64,000 nt of DNA from Candidatus Latescibacterota bacterium (GCA_965208835.1 OZ242358.1:2016001-2080000), one strand, 5' to 3'; shown: positions 40,450 through 50,284, counted from the stretch's first letter. The notes: a model not told the origin generated them from the sequence alone. Program-made: numbers and translations.

Positions 40450-41793
40450 ATGTCGTTCAGGGCCTGGTTCCAATGTTTCAAGGGTTGCGGCGGCCAATAT
40501 CCCCTGACCCAGGTCATTTATGCGTGTCCGGAATGCGGCGGTTTGCTCGAGGTTCGCCACGATGTGGAAGCACTGCGCGCCAGGCCACCCCATTACTGGC
40601 GTCAACTGTTCGATCGACGGTATATGCGTACGGATTGGCCTTACGGCAGTTCGGTGTGGGGAAAGAAGGAAATGGTCTGTCCCGTGGTGGACAACGAGAA
40701 CGTGGTTTCGATGTATGAAGGGGGGAGCAACCTGTTCTGGGCGGAGCGACTCGGACGGGAGATCGGGGTGGAGGACCTGTGGGTCAAGCAATGCGGAAAC
40801 AGCCACACCGGTTCGTTCAAGGATCTGGGCATGACCGTGCTGGTATCAATGGTAAAGCAAATGGTCGCCGAAGGTCAGCGCATTCCCGCCGCCGCGTGCG
40901 CCTCGACGGGTGATACTTCGGCGGCTCTTGCCGCCTATTGCGCGCACGCGGGTATACAGGCGGTCGTGTTTCTGCCGCGTGACAAGGTCTCCACGGCCCA
41001 GCTCGTGCAGCCCATGGCCAACGGGGCGCTGGTTTTGAGTCTGGATACGGACTTTGACGGTTGCATGAAGCTGGTTCAGGAAGTCTGCCACAACGAGAAC
41101 ATTTACCTCGCCAATTCGATGAACTCGCTTCGCGTAGAGGGGCAGAAAACCGTCAGCGTGGAGCTGCTTCAACAGTTCGACTGGGACCTGCCGCAATGGA
41201 TCGTCATTCCAGGGGGCAATCTGGGCAACGTCAGTGCACTGGGAAAGGGCTTCAGCGAGCTGAAGGAAATGGGCCTGATCGACCGTACGCCCCGAATCGC
41301 TGTTGCGCAGAGTGCCCGTGCGAATCCGCTTTACCGAAGCTTTCTCCGCGATTTCGACGCGTTTGAACCGCTCAAGGCGCGGACGACACTGGCCAGCGCC
41401 ATCCAGATTGGTGATCCGGTCAGTACCGAAAAGGCGATCAGGACACTTAAAGACATCGGCGGCGTGGTGGAGCAGGCCACCGATCAGGAACTGGCGGACG
41501 CGGCGGCGAGGGCGGATCGCACGGGACTGTTTTCGTGCCCGCATACGGGCGTGGCCTTTGCCGCGCTTTTCAAGCTGGTGGACCGCGGCGTCATCCGGAA
41601 GGATGAGCGGGTTGTGGTGATTTCCACCGCCCATGGATTGAAATTTGCTGATTTCAAGATCAGGTACCACCAGGCGGAACTCGGCGCATTCGATGTGGAC
41701 CCGAATTACGCCAACCTGCCCGTCGAATTGCCGGCAGAGTACGGGCCGGTCCGAGATCAGATCTTTCGGACGCTCGACTTGAACGGCGGTTGA
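40450..41793 (+). CDS. thrC: Threonine synthase (plant-like subfamily, N-terminal Cys motifs)
   Basis: [32 protein letters not shown] and PGGNLGN motifs. Confidence 0.9.
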   Translation: MSFRAWFQCFKGCGGQYPLTQVIYACPECGGLLEVRHDVEALRARPPHYWRQLFDRRYMRTDWPYGSSVWGKKEMVCPVVDNENVVSMYEGGSNLFWAERLGREIGVEDLWVKQCGNSHTGSFKDLGMTVLVSMVKQMVAEGQRIPAAACASTGDTSAALAAYCAHAGIQAVVFLPRDKVSTAQLVQPMANGALVLSLDTDFDGCMKLVQEVCHNENIYLANSMNSLRVEGQKTVSVELLQQFDWDLPQWIVIPGGNLGNVSALGKGFSELKEMGLIDRTPRIAVAQSARANPLYRSFLRDFDAFEPLKARTTLASAIQIGDPVSTEKAIRTLKDIGGVVEQATDQELADAAARADRTGLFSCPHTGVAFAALFKLVDRGVIRKDERVVVISTAHGLKFADFKIRYHQAELGAFDVDPNYANLPVELPAEYGPVRDQIFRTLDLNGG

Positions 41794-41818
41794 CAGCGGC
41801 GATGGATTTGGTTAAATT
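41790..41818 (+). promoter_or_regulatory. Putative sigma70 promoter for metB
   Basis: TTGACA (overlapping the thrC stop)-17 nt-TAAATT. Confidence 0.55.
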
Positions 41819-41975
41819 GGTTGACCAGATTCAGCGTAGTGGTGATTTGAGGCATATTGCAGCCACTATAAAGAAATCGCTAAAAAGCTGATTACCCATA
41901 CGATAGCTGGATGCGTATTCAGGTTCTCTGGGGCTTTTTGGCTTCAGTTTTTTTTTGTCAATTCCGGAGGATGCG

Positions 41976-43169
41976 ATGGACAAGAAGCCGTCGAAGGATG
42001 GCACCTGCAATTCAACCCGTGCCGTCCACGCCGGGGAAAATGGAGGGCACTGGGGCCATTCCCTGACGGTTCCGATCGCGCAGACGTCGACCTACGTATT
42101 CGAGAATACAGGGGCGGTGGACGATTTCGTGTCCGGGCGTTCGGCCCGTCTCGATTACGGACGCTACGGAAACCCGACCCAGCAGATTGCCGAACGAAAA
42201 CTGGCCGAACTTGAGGGCGCGGACTCGGCGCTGCTGTTTTCGTCCGGGATGAGCGCCGTGACGACGACGCTTCTGGGCATGTTGTCCACGGGACACCACG
42301 CGGTGATCACCGACGACTGTTATCGGAAGACTGCGCAGTTCTGCGAACAGATGCTGAAAAAGTTCGGGATCGCCACCACCTTCGTGCCCGCGGGCGACTA
42401 TGAGCGGCTGGAGGCCGCCATGCAGGGAAACACGAGGGTGGTGATTGCGGAGTCGCCGACAAACCCGCATCTTAATGTAATGGACCTCGAAAAGGTGGTC
42501 CCCATCGCCAAGTCGAACCGTGCGAAGGTCGTGATCGACAGCACGTTCGCCACACCGTTCAACCAGCGTCCCCTCGAGTTCGGTGTCGACCTCGTCATTC
42601 ACAGCGCAACCAAATATCTGGGGGGGCACAACGACCTGATCGCGGGCGCCGTTGCGGGGCCCGAGCCGCTGGTTTCGGCCATCAAGGACTATCGCGGTAT
42701 CCTGGGCGGTGTGATCGACCCCCACTGCGCGTATCTGCTGATCAGGGGCATCAAGACATTCCCGTTGAGAATGGCGCGTCAGAACGAGACGGCGCTTGCG
42801 CTCGCCCGTTTTCTGGATGGGAACCCCAGGGTGCGCCAGGTCTACTATCCCGGGCTGGAGGGCCACCCGCATCACCGGGTCGCGCGGGAGCAGATGAACG
42901 GGTACGGCGGCGTGGTGAGTTTTGATCTCGACGCGGACCTGGCTGGAACCATGGCGTTTCTCGATCGCCTGGAGATTCCCTGTATTGGCGCGAGCCTGGG
43001 CGGGGTGGAAAGCATCGTCTCGCATCCGTCAACCATTTCCTATTACGAAATGGCCCGGGAAGACCGGATCGCCGTGGGGATCAGCGACGAATTGGTACGC
43101 TATTCCGTCGGGGTCGAAGACGCGGAAGACCTGATTGACGACGTGAAACGGGCCCTGGAGGCTGGCTAG
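41976..43169 (+). CDS. metB: Cystathionine gamma-synthase-like Cys/Met PLP enzyme (plant-like)
   Basis: YGRYGNPT, SGM, DCYRKT, ESPTNP and HSATKYLGGHND motifs. Confidence 0.8.
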   Translation: MDKKPSKDGTCNSTRAVHAGENGGHWGHSLTVPIAQTSTYVFENTGAVDDFVSGRSARLDYGRYGNPTQQIAERKLAELEGADSALLFSSGMSAVTTTLLGMLSTGHHAVITDDCYRKTAQFCEQMLKKFGIATTFVPAGDYERLEAAMQGNTRVVIAESPTNPHLNVMDLEKVVPIAKSNRAKVVIDSTFATPFNQRPLEFGVDLVIHSATKYLGGHNDLIAGAVAGPEPLVSAIKDYRGILGGVIDPHCAYLLIRGIKTFPLRMARQNETALALARFLDGNPRVRQVYYPGLEGHPHHRVAREQMNGYGGVVSFDLDADLAGTMAFLDRLEIPCIGASLGGVESIVSHPSTISYYEMAREDRIAVGISDELVRYSVGVEDAEDLIDDVKRALEAG

Positions 43170-43188
43170 AGGAAGGAGGAGTCGGGAC

Positions 43189-43981
43189 GTGGCTCGCGTC
43201 CCGTTGCGGCGTATGTTCGGTCCGTTTCTTGCATTCGCGCTACGCGCGCCCTTGCAGGACGATCGCTGGCGTCAAAAGGTGCTGGTGGGGGGGTTGTTGT
43301 CCCTTCTGCCGAAATCTGGCGCTGCTGCTCGCCGTTTTTATGGCATTGGGAAAAGTCTCCAGGATGCTCGCGCCCGTGGCGGTCGTTTTCTTCGTGTTTC
43401 CAACAGTCGTTTCCTGGGGATACGTCTATCGTGTCTTTGTCGACGCGTTGAACGGTCTGGAATTCCGCCGTCTTCCCGAGTGGAGCGATTGGCGGAGTTA
43501 CGCTGGCGTGGGGATCCGGCTGGGAGTGATCTACCTGGGATATCTGTTCCTGGTCGGCCTGGGGGCGCTTGCCGTAATGGCCGTTTTCGGCCTGTTTCCT
43601 CCGGGAGAGGATCCAACCCGGCTGAGTGCGGTGACGTTGCTGGCGATCGGCGCCGCCATGATGCTTTACGGGCTGCTGCCCATCGTTTTCGCCCGATTTG
43701 CGGCCGAGCGCAAGATATGGGCTTCGTTCGATCCGGGCGCGATCCTGTCGGACGCGGGGAGAGCGTTCAGGGGCGGGCGATATACGCAGGCGTGTCTGGG
43801 ATTCTACCTCTGTTTCGGGCTGCTGCTCCTCCTGAATCTGATACTCGGAGCGGTGCCGCCGGTGGCCATGTTCGTCGGGTCGATCGGCTCGTTTTATCTG
43901 ATGGTGGTTTTTGCCTGGGTATTCGGGTGGTTGATCGGGATCAGGGGTTCAGATTCCCGGCCGCGGGAGCCCGTTAGCTGA
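43189..43981 (+). pseudogene. DUF4013-like membrane protein, frameshifted near 43311
   Basis: The N-terminus (PLQDDRWRQKVLVGGLLSLLP) is in one frame and the rest (GYVYRV...LPEWSDW) in the next. Removing one A from CCGAAATCTG joins them. Confidence 0.65.
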
Positions 43982-44055
43982 TCATATAGGGAAATGGGGC
44001 CGTCGGCCGGTAGATTCAGATTGCGCCGGCCACGATGCAGAATGGCCCAGTTGAC

Positions 44056-44988
44056 CTACGGTTCAGATTCCTTCCAGTTAATCCATCCGGTTCCACGGTG
44101 TCCGAATTCAGCCCGCTCCGGATATAACACCTCCGAGAGAATCTCCGCCGACTCGACCACGCGCGGACCGGGTCGATTGAAATATTGATTCCCGTCCGTA
44201 ATTACGACTCTGCCCTTTTTGACCGCGGACAGCCTTTCCCACTCAGGATGTTCCGCCAGCGGCGCCATCTCGCGACTGGCGCGTTCGATGTCGAAACCGC
44301 AGGGCATTATGGCGATCACATCGGGATCGGCCTCCAGAAGCTGCTCGATCTCGATCCAGTCTGCGTGTTCTCCGGACCGCCCCAATACATCCGTCCCGCC
44401 AGCGCAATCCACCAGATCGGGAACCCAGTTTCCGGCAACCATCAAGGGGTCGATCCACTCGATACAAGCGATCGACGGGCGGGATTCCGATGTCTGGGGC
44501 CCGGCATGTATCGTCTGGAGTCGACCGGACAGGCGAGCGGCGAGTTCATCGCCTCGTTCGGGGTTGCCAAGAACCGATGCGACCTTCCTTATATCCTTCC
44601 ATACGTCCAGCAGACACATCGGCTCCAGCGAAACGACTCTCGGCTCGGAACCGACCAGTTCACAGACCGCTCTTTCGACGTCATGGAGACTCACGGCGCA
44701 GACTTCGCACTGGCTCTGTGTGACTATTGTCGTCGGAGCCAGACGATTCAGAATGCGTGGATCCACGTCGTACACGGACAGTCCGTCCGCGACGATCGAA
44801 CGTACCTGACTGTCGATCTCCGAACTGTGTGCCACGACGTCGACCTTCGAGGACGAGCAGACCGGCAGTCGTTCAATGGAGGATGGATAATCACACTCGT
44901 GAGAGCGGCCGACGAGCTGGTCCTCGAAACCGAGAGCACACACGATCTCGGTACCACTGGCAATCAGGGAAACGATCCGCTGGTTCAT
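44056..44988 (-). CDS. Cobalamin/Fe-siderophore-binding (BtuF-like) family protein
   Basis: RIVSLIASGTEIVCALG, GRSHECDYP, EWIDP, MPCGF and FNRPGPR motifs; no signal peptide seen. Confidence 0.82.
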   Translation of the reverse strand: MNQRIVSLIASGTEIVCALGFEDQLVGRSHECDYPSSIERLPVCSSSKVDVVAHSSEIDSQVRSIVADGLSVYDVDPRILNRLAPTTIVTQSQCEVCAVSLHDVERAVCELVGSEPRVVSLEPMCLLDVWKDIRKVASVLGNPERGDELAARLSGRLQTIHAGPQTSESRPSIACIEWIDPLMVAGNWVPDLVDCAGGTDVLGRSGEHADWIEIEQLLEADPDVIAIMPCGFDIERASREMAPLAEHPEWERLSAVKKGRVVITDGNQYFNRPGPRVVESAEILSEVLYPERAEFGHRGTGWINWKESEP

Positions 44989-45210
44989 GGTTGCAAGGTT
45001 GGCGCCTGTCTCCACCCTTGGGCGGGTGTAAACAGTCGGCAGAATCTCGACGGGACGGGAATCTCTGTGTCGTCCTTCTCAGTTTCGAGGAAAGCGATAG
45101 GGCCCGCAGCCTGCGGTTTAACAAGGCGCGAAGCTTCCAATCGGTCTGCAAATGCCGTGATCAACGCGGGATTGGCTCGATTTTCGCCGGCAGATCGACG
45201 GGAATTGCGG

Positions 45211-46125
45211 TCATACCTGCGACCAGGCCGTATCCAGTACCCTCTTGGCGTTGGCGATGACGATTTCGGGTGATTCTCCCTCCATCGGGGAGACTTCAAA
45301 GCTCAGAATGGGGCGCTTGTCCGGATCCAGGAATCCGATGTCGAGCAGTTCGCTGAGAAATTCCACTGCTTCCGGTACGTCGTTCTCACCGTCTTCGCAA
45401 CCGAAGCGAGGATGGTTGTCGCCGTAGGCCGGATGATCCGGGTTTCGCATCACGCAGTTGCCTATATGGGCGTGTACCAGATGGTCACGGGCGATTCTCA
45501 GCGCATATTCGGAGGTTTCGCCCTGCAGGGGGAAATGACTCAGATCGAGCATCAATCCGAAGTTGGAATACTCACGCCTGACTCTCGATGAAACCTCGAC
45601 CGCCAGTGCATTCGGGCCTACGAGACAGTTCTTGCCAAAGGGTAGACGGTCGAACGTCTCCAGAACCACGTTCATGTTCCTGCCTGCCGCCTCGTCGCAA
45701 AGGCGATAGAGTGAGTCGACCAGCAGGTCCACGCCCCGCTCACGGGCATCGGGGCCGGGATCCGTGCCCGAAAGCAGCGCAACCCCGGGGGCCCCGAGCG
45801 CCTCGGCCTGTTCAATCCCGGCCTTGACCGCGTCCACGGCACCCAGCCTGTGGTCCTCGTCGTCGGAATTGATATCCAAATTGCCGCCAAGCAGGATGGG
45901 TTGAGCGCCGAAAGCCACGTCCATATGGGCCGCCGAGAGCAAATCGGCGGCTCTTGCGAGTACGTTTCCGTCTTTCATATGTGTGACTTCCACTGCCTGG
46001 AAATACGGGTCCAGTGCGATTCGCTCCAGCGTTTCGAGAATCGGTCCTTCACCCCCGATACAGGACTTGTAGGCCATAAAGTGGACGATGCCGATGCGAG
46101 CATAGTTCTGAATGGGTTCGGTCAC
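45211..46125 (-). CDS. Sugar phosphate isomerase/epimerase (TIM barrel)
   Basis: GIVHFMAY, VLETFD, LDLSH, HAHIGNC and SFEV motifs; GTG 46125 follows AAAGGAG. Confidence 0.8.
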   Translation of the reverse strand: MTEPIQNYARIGIVHFMAYKSCIGGEGPILETLERIALDPYFQAVEVTHMKDGNVLARAADLLSAAHMDVAFGAQPILLGGNLDINSDDEDHRLGAVDAVKAGIEQAEALGAPGVALLSGTDPGPDARERGVDLLVDSLYRLCDEAAGRNMNVVLETFDRLPFGKNCLVGPNALAVEVSSRVRREYSNFGLMLDLSHFPLQGETSEYALRIARDHLVHAHIGNCVMRNPDHPAYGDNHPRFGCEDGENDVPEAVEFLSELLDIGFLDPDKRPILSFEVSPMEGESPEIVIANAKRVLDTAWSQV

Positions 46126-46337
46126 AACCGGGACTCCTTTCTGACTTGACGCACTTACGGGCCGATTCGCGCGGGAGGCGATTCGGAAAATGGAAACGGA
46201 AAGCCGATATCTTCCAGTCGGCACACGTATAAAGAGGTCCGTTGGGACATCCCGATATGCGCGCGGCCCGGAGGTATGGCGGTGCCAAAATACGCATTCG
46301 TACGGGTTATGTCAATCGGCAATTCGCACTTTTCCGC

Positions 46338-46366
46338 TTGACTTTCCCGGCGTCCGCCTGTATAAT
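46338..46366 (+). promoter_or_regulatory. Sigma70 promoter of the tRNA cluster
   Basis: TTGACT-17 nt-TATAAT, 24 nt before tRNA-Tyr. Confidence 0.75.
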
Positions 46367-46390
46367 TTTCGCCCTGATTTCATAGAGAGT

Positions 46391-46476
46391 GGGGAGGTAC
46401 CCAAGCGGTCAACGGGGGCAGACTGTAAATCTGTTGGCTGACGCCTTCGGTGGTTCGAATCCGCCCCTCCCCACCA
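46391..46476 (+). tRNA. tRNA-Tyr(GTA)
   Basis: Cloverleaf with long variable arm, anticodon loop CT-GTA-AA, GTTCGAATC, 3' CCA. Confidence 0.95.
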
Positions 46477-46688
46477 TTTCCCGGGCTCTGAGCCCCTCCC
46501 AAGAAGCTGTATTCAATCGGAGGGGTTTTGTTGTGTGCCCGGGGAACGTCCATTGCCCGCCGGTATCCCTGGCGGCGGGTCCGGCCTGCGGCCGCACGGC
46601 GTGAGTCGGGGCGCCCCCTGAGAGCGAGAGTGCGGAGATGTGGATATTTTTCTCGAGTCTGTGGAAGCTGTTTTCTCAATAAAAGTTC

Positions 46689-46717
46689 TTGACATCCATG
46701 CCTCTATATTATAACTT
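46689..46717 (+). promoter_or_regulatory. Possible second promoter before tRNA-Gly
   Basis: TTGACA-17 nt-TAACTT in an AT-rich context. Confidence 0.45.
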
Positions 46718-46789
46718 CTTAAGTCTGGAAACTTTCAGGGTCGGCCTGTGCTCAGGCGCGGCCCCACGGGGGTTTGCTTCGTGTTATTT

Positions 46790-46866
46790 GCGGGAATAGC
46801 TCAGTTGGCTAGAGCGTCAGCCTTCCAAGCTGAATGTCGCGGGTTCGAGTCCCGTTTCCCGCTCCA
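46790..46866 (+). tRNA. tRNA-Gly(TCC)
   Basis: GCGGGAA/TTCCCGC acceptor stem, anticodon TCC, 3' CCA. Confidence 0.95.
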
Positions 46867-46920
46867 TTTCCCTGCGGGCACCTTTACCAGCCCTTTTTCT
46901 GTCGACCAGACAGGGTCATG

Positions 46921-46996
46921 GCCCATGTAGCTCAGTCGGTAGAGCACCTCCTTGGTAAGGAGGAGGTCACCGGTTCGAGTCCGGTCGTGGGCTCCA
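46921..46996 (+). tRNA. tRNA-Thr(GGT)
   Basis: GCCCATG/CGTGGGC acceptor stem, anticodon GGT, 3' CCA. Confidence 0.95.
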
Positions 46997-47018
46997 GAAT
47001 ACCGTCCTGGCACCGAAA

Positions 47019-47171
47019 ATGCCCAGAGATCTGATTACATTGGCCTGCGCCGACTGCGCGCGCCGAAACTATACGACGACCAAGAATCGGCGTCTACACC
47101 CGGACCGCGTCGAATTCAAGAAATATTGCCGGTTCTGTCGCAGGCATGCCCTGCACCGGGAGACTCGCTGA
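47019..47171 (+). CDS. rpmG: 50S ribosomal protein L33 (zinc-binding CxxC form)
   Basis: Manual translation [50 protein letters not shown]; too short for the ORF track. Confidence 0.95.
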   Translation: MPRDLITLACADCARRNYTTTKNRRLHPDRVEFKKYCRFCRRHALHRETR

Positions 47172-47193
47172 GTTTCAGGAATCGCTGCTGAAT

Positions 47194-47360
47194 AAGCAGC
47201 CAGTTGACAAAGTCCATCCGGGCTGCGGCCGTCCCTTGCGGTCGAATACTGCGTTGCGCGCCCTCGCCGAATCGCTCGATGGGACTCGGTCGCGCGCCTT
47301 GTCTTCGGCCACAATGGCTCGGACTCGCCCTCAGAGCGACTTTATCAATAGGACTGTTAG
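47194..47360 (-). repeat. Family A element, copy A3, between rpmG and tRNA-Trp
   Basis: AGCAGCCAGTTGACAAAGTC...GACTTTATCAATAGGACTGTTAG; close to the reverse complement of A1. Confidence 0.85.
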
Positions 47361-47364
47361 GGTT

Positions 47365-47440
47365 AGGGCAGTAGCTCAACTGGTAGAGCACCGGTCTCCA
47401 AAACCGGCGGTTGCGGGTTCGATTCCTGCCTGCCCTGCCA
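47365..47440 (+). tRNA. tRNA-Trp(CCA)
   Basis: AGGGCAG/CTGCCCT acceptor stem, anticodon CCA, usual position before secE. Confidence 0.95.
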
Positions 47441-47603
47441 TTTTCCTCCGAAACAGCCACCTGGCCCGCACCCGAGTTCCGCAAGCAGCTACGGCCCCCG
47501 GGTTTCTTTTACGAATGCCCGCTAACCTGCGTCGATTTCGGCACCCGAATGTTCATTCCCGGGCTGCTTCCGATGTTGGGGCGTTTCCCTGACGGTATTC
47601 CCG

Positions 47604-47789
47604 ATGTTCGCGAAAGTGGCACAGTTCATTAAAGACGTTCAGCTCGAAATGGGCAAGGTCACCTGGCCGACCCGGGACGAACTGATCGCTTCCACGACGA
47701 TTGTACTGGTGGTTTCGCTGGTCCTTTCGGTGTTTATTTTCGCTGTGGATTTCGTGCTTTCCCTGGTTCGCAGGTTCGGAATGAGCTGA
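47604..47789 (+). CDS. secE: Preprotein translocase subunit SecE
   Basis: EMGKVTWPTRDEL plus a TM segment; synteny. Confidence 0.93.
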   Translation: MFAKVAQFIKDVQLEMGKVTWPTRDELIASTTIVLVVSLVLSVFIFAVDFVLSLVRRFGMS

Positions 47790-47823
47790 CGGCCTCATTT
47801 TTTTCAACAGTGAGTGATGCACC

Positions 47824-48363
47824 ATGGCAATGCGCTGGTACGTCGTGCATACCTATTCGGGACACGAAAACAAGGTGCGTTCCTATCTCGAAAGTGCCAA
47901 GGAAGGCACCGAGGTCGCGGACCGGATCAACCGGGTTGTGGTTCCTACCGAAGAGGTCGTGGAGATGAAGGACGGGAGGAAGACGACCTCCTTCAGGAAG
48001 TTTCTGCCCAGCTACATTCTGGTCGAAATGGAGATGGATAAGGAAACCATGCATTTCGTGACCAACGTACCGGGCGTTACGAGCTTTGTCGGGCCGGGTA
48101 AGCGCCCCCAGCCGCTTCACGAAAGAGAGGTGGAACACGTCCTGGGACACGTGGACCGGCGTCAGGAACAGGACGATCAGGAGATACCTTATCAGGTCGG
48201 AGATCGGGTCAAAGTCATCGACGGGCCCTTCAGCGAGTTTATCGGCATGGTCGACGTCGTGAACCCGGAGAAGAGAAAGATCAAGGTGATGGTGAGCATT
48301 TTCGGCAGAAACACGCCTGTGGAACTGGATGTCCTGCAGGTCGAAGAGGCAGTGGAAGGATAG
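47824..48363 (+). CDS. nusG: Transcription factor NusG
   Basis: [14 protein letters not shown] and [24 protein letters not shown]. Confidence 0.97.
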   Translation: MAMRWYVVHTYSGHENKVRSYLESAKEGTEVADRINRVVVPTEEVVEMKDGRKTTSFRKFLPSYILVEMEMDKETMHFVTNVPGVTSFVGPGKRPQPLHEREVEHVLGHVDRRQEQDDQEIPYQVGDRVKVIDGPFSEFIGMVDVVNPEKRKIKVMVSIFGRNTPVELDVLQVEEAVEG

Positions 48364-48367
48364 CGCC

Positions 48368-48793
48368 ATGGCAAAGAAAGTAATGACAATAATCAAACTT
48401 CAGATTCCTGCGGGACAGGCGTCCCCAACGCCCCCGGTGGGGCCGGCGCTTGGCCAGCACGGCGTCAACATTATGGAGTTCTGCCAGGCGTTTAACGCAC
48501 AGACTAAAGACAAGCAGGGGCTGATTGTTCCCGCCGTCATCACCGTTTTCGCGGATCGCAGCTTTTCCTTCATTACGAAGAGCCCGCCCGCCGCGGTGCT
48601 GTTGAAGCGTGCCGCAGGCCTGGAGAAGGGATCGCCCGAATCCAATCGAACCAAAGTCGGCAGTGTCAGGCCCGATCAGGTACGGGAGATTGCCGAAATG
48701 AAGATGGAAGATCTGAATGCAGGTAGCCTGGAAACCGCCGTGCGCATGATCGAAGGAACGGCGCGAAGCGCGGGTATTACGGTGGAGGATTAG
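48368..48793 (+). CDS. rplK: 50S ribosomal protein L11
   Basis: [18 protein letters not shown]. Confidence 0.97.
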   Translation: MAKKVMTIIKLQIPAGQASPTPPVGPALGQHGVNIMEFCQAFNAQTKDKQGLIVPAVITVFADRSFSFITKSPPAAVLLKRAAGLEKGSPESNRTKVGSVRPDQVREIAEMKMEDLNAGSLETAVRMIEGTARSAGITVED

Positions 48794-48806
48794 GAGGACC
48801 ATTATT

Positions 48807-49505
48807 ATGGCAGGGCGCAACGGGAAACGATACAGGACGGCGCTTTCCGGGATCGATCGACGCGCGCAATATTCAATCGAAGATGCGATTTCACTGCTGA
48901 AGGAGATGCCGGCGCCGAAGTTCGATCAGACGGTTGAAATGGCGATACGGCTGGGCGTGGACCCGCGCCAGGCCGATCAGCAGATCCGCGGTACGGTGAT
49001 GTTGCCGCACGGGCTTGGAAAGACGATTCGCGTGGTTGTGTTCGCCAAGGGCGAGCAGGCGGCGGCAGCCGAAACGGCCGGAGCGGATGTTGTGGGAACC
49101 GACGATCTGGCCGAACGGATCAACGGTGGATGGACCGATTTTGACGTTGCCATCGCGGCGCCGGACATGATGAGCGTTGTCGGTCGATTGGGAAGGATCC
49201 TGGGCCCCAGAGGTCTGATGCCCAATCCCAAGAGCGGCACGGTGACCCCTGACGTGGCGAGGGCGGTGACTGAAGCCAAGGCCGGACGAGTGGAGTATCG
49301 CGCGGACAGGAACGGGAATGTTAATGCGCCCGTGGGCAGGATGTCATTTGAAGAAGACAGTTTGGTCGAGAATGCCAGAACACTTTTCGATACGATTCTC
49401 CGCGCGCGTCCTTCATCTGCCAAGGGCCAGTATGTCAGGTCCGTAACCCTGGCGACCACAATGGGGCCGGGTGTACGGATCGATCGGTCCAGCGTAACAA
49501 ACTGA
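48807..49505 (+). CDS. rplA: 50S ribosomal protein L1
   Basis: [15 protein letters not shown] and TTMGPG. Confidence 0.97.
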   Translation: MAGRNGKRYRTALSGIDRRAQYSIEDAISLLKEMPAPKFDQTVEMAIRLGVDPRQADQQIRGTVMLPHGLGKTIRVVVFAKGEQAAAAETAGADVVGTDDLAERINGGWTDFDVAIAAPDMMSVVGRLGRILGPRGLMPNPKSGTVTPDVARAVTEAKAGRVEYRADRNGNVNAPVGRMSFEEDSLVENARTLFDTILRARPSSAKGQYVRSVTLATTMGPGVRIDRSSVTN

Positions 49506-49537
49506 CTGCGGTAATCCGCGCAACGGAAGGGAAGAGG

Positions 49538-50074
49538 ATGCCAACGGCCGGAAAAATCAGCGCTGTCGAGGAACTGACACGGCTCATGAACAGGTCTCAA
49601 GGGTTTTACCTTACGGACTTTACCGGCTTGGATGTGCCCGATGTCACACGGTTGCGGAAACGGCTGCGCGATGAGGACATAACCTATCGGGTCGTAAAGA
49701 ATCGTCTGGCCCTGATCGCCGTAAAAAACGCAGGGATTCAGGGACTGGAAGAGGTTTTGCAGGGGCCGACCGGCCTGGCAAGTTCCGAAACCGATCCGAT
49801 CGCGGCGGTAAGGCTGCTTCACGAATTCGCGTCGGAAACCGACGGTCTGCCAAGGATTAAGGGCGGCTTCGCGGATGGTCGGGTCTTTCGAGAGGATCAA
49901 CTGCAAGCGCTCGCCCAGCTTCCGCCGAGGGAAGTGTTGCTGGGACAGTTGGTGTCCTCGGTTCAGAGCCCGTTGAACGGGCTGGTATTCTGTCTGGGCG
50001 GCCTGCTCCAGAGCCTTGTACTGGTTCTGAACGAGATTGCAATGAAGAAAGGTGAGGCCGGGGTGGAAGATTAG
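49538..50074 (+). CDS. rplJ: 50S ribosomal protein L10
   Basis: DFTGL, VVKNRL and LAQLPPRE; synteny. Confidence 0.93.
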   Translation: MPTAGKISAVEELTRLMNRSQGFYLTDFTGLDVPDVTRLRKRLRDEDITYRVVKNRLALIAVKNAGIQGLEEVLQGPTGLASSETDPIAAVRLLHEFASETDGLPRIKGGFADGRVFREDQLQALAQLPPREVLLGQLVSSVQSPLNGLVFCLGGLLQSLVLVLNEIAMKKGEAGVED

Positions 50075-50284
50075 ATGTTGTTTTAAATTTCCGGTGAGTC
50101 CCGAGCACGCGCGAAAATGTGTCGGTTACGAGGCGCGAGGGGCGCGCAGCGCCGACGGTCAAGGGCGCCCATATTCAATGTATCGTGGCTGTGCGCCCAC
50201 CGCCACTCTTGGGTGGTTTTGACCAACGCAGACCGACGCCTTTGCAGCCGCGCAAAGACCGCTGGGGGATTTAAGACAGCTTCT
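50073..50284 (+). repeat. Family B element, copy B3, between rplJ and rplL
   Basis: AGATGTTGTTTTAAATT...GATTTAAGACAGCTTCT; arms match B1 and B2 with a longer core; begins in the rplJ stop codon. Confidence 0.8.

Noticed and set aside
41819-41975. Canonical SAM-I riboswitch or T-box
   Set aside because: Consensus elements not found by eye; kept only as an unclassified leader.
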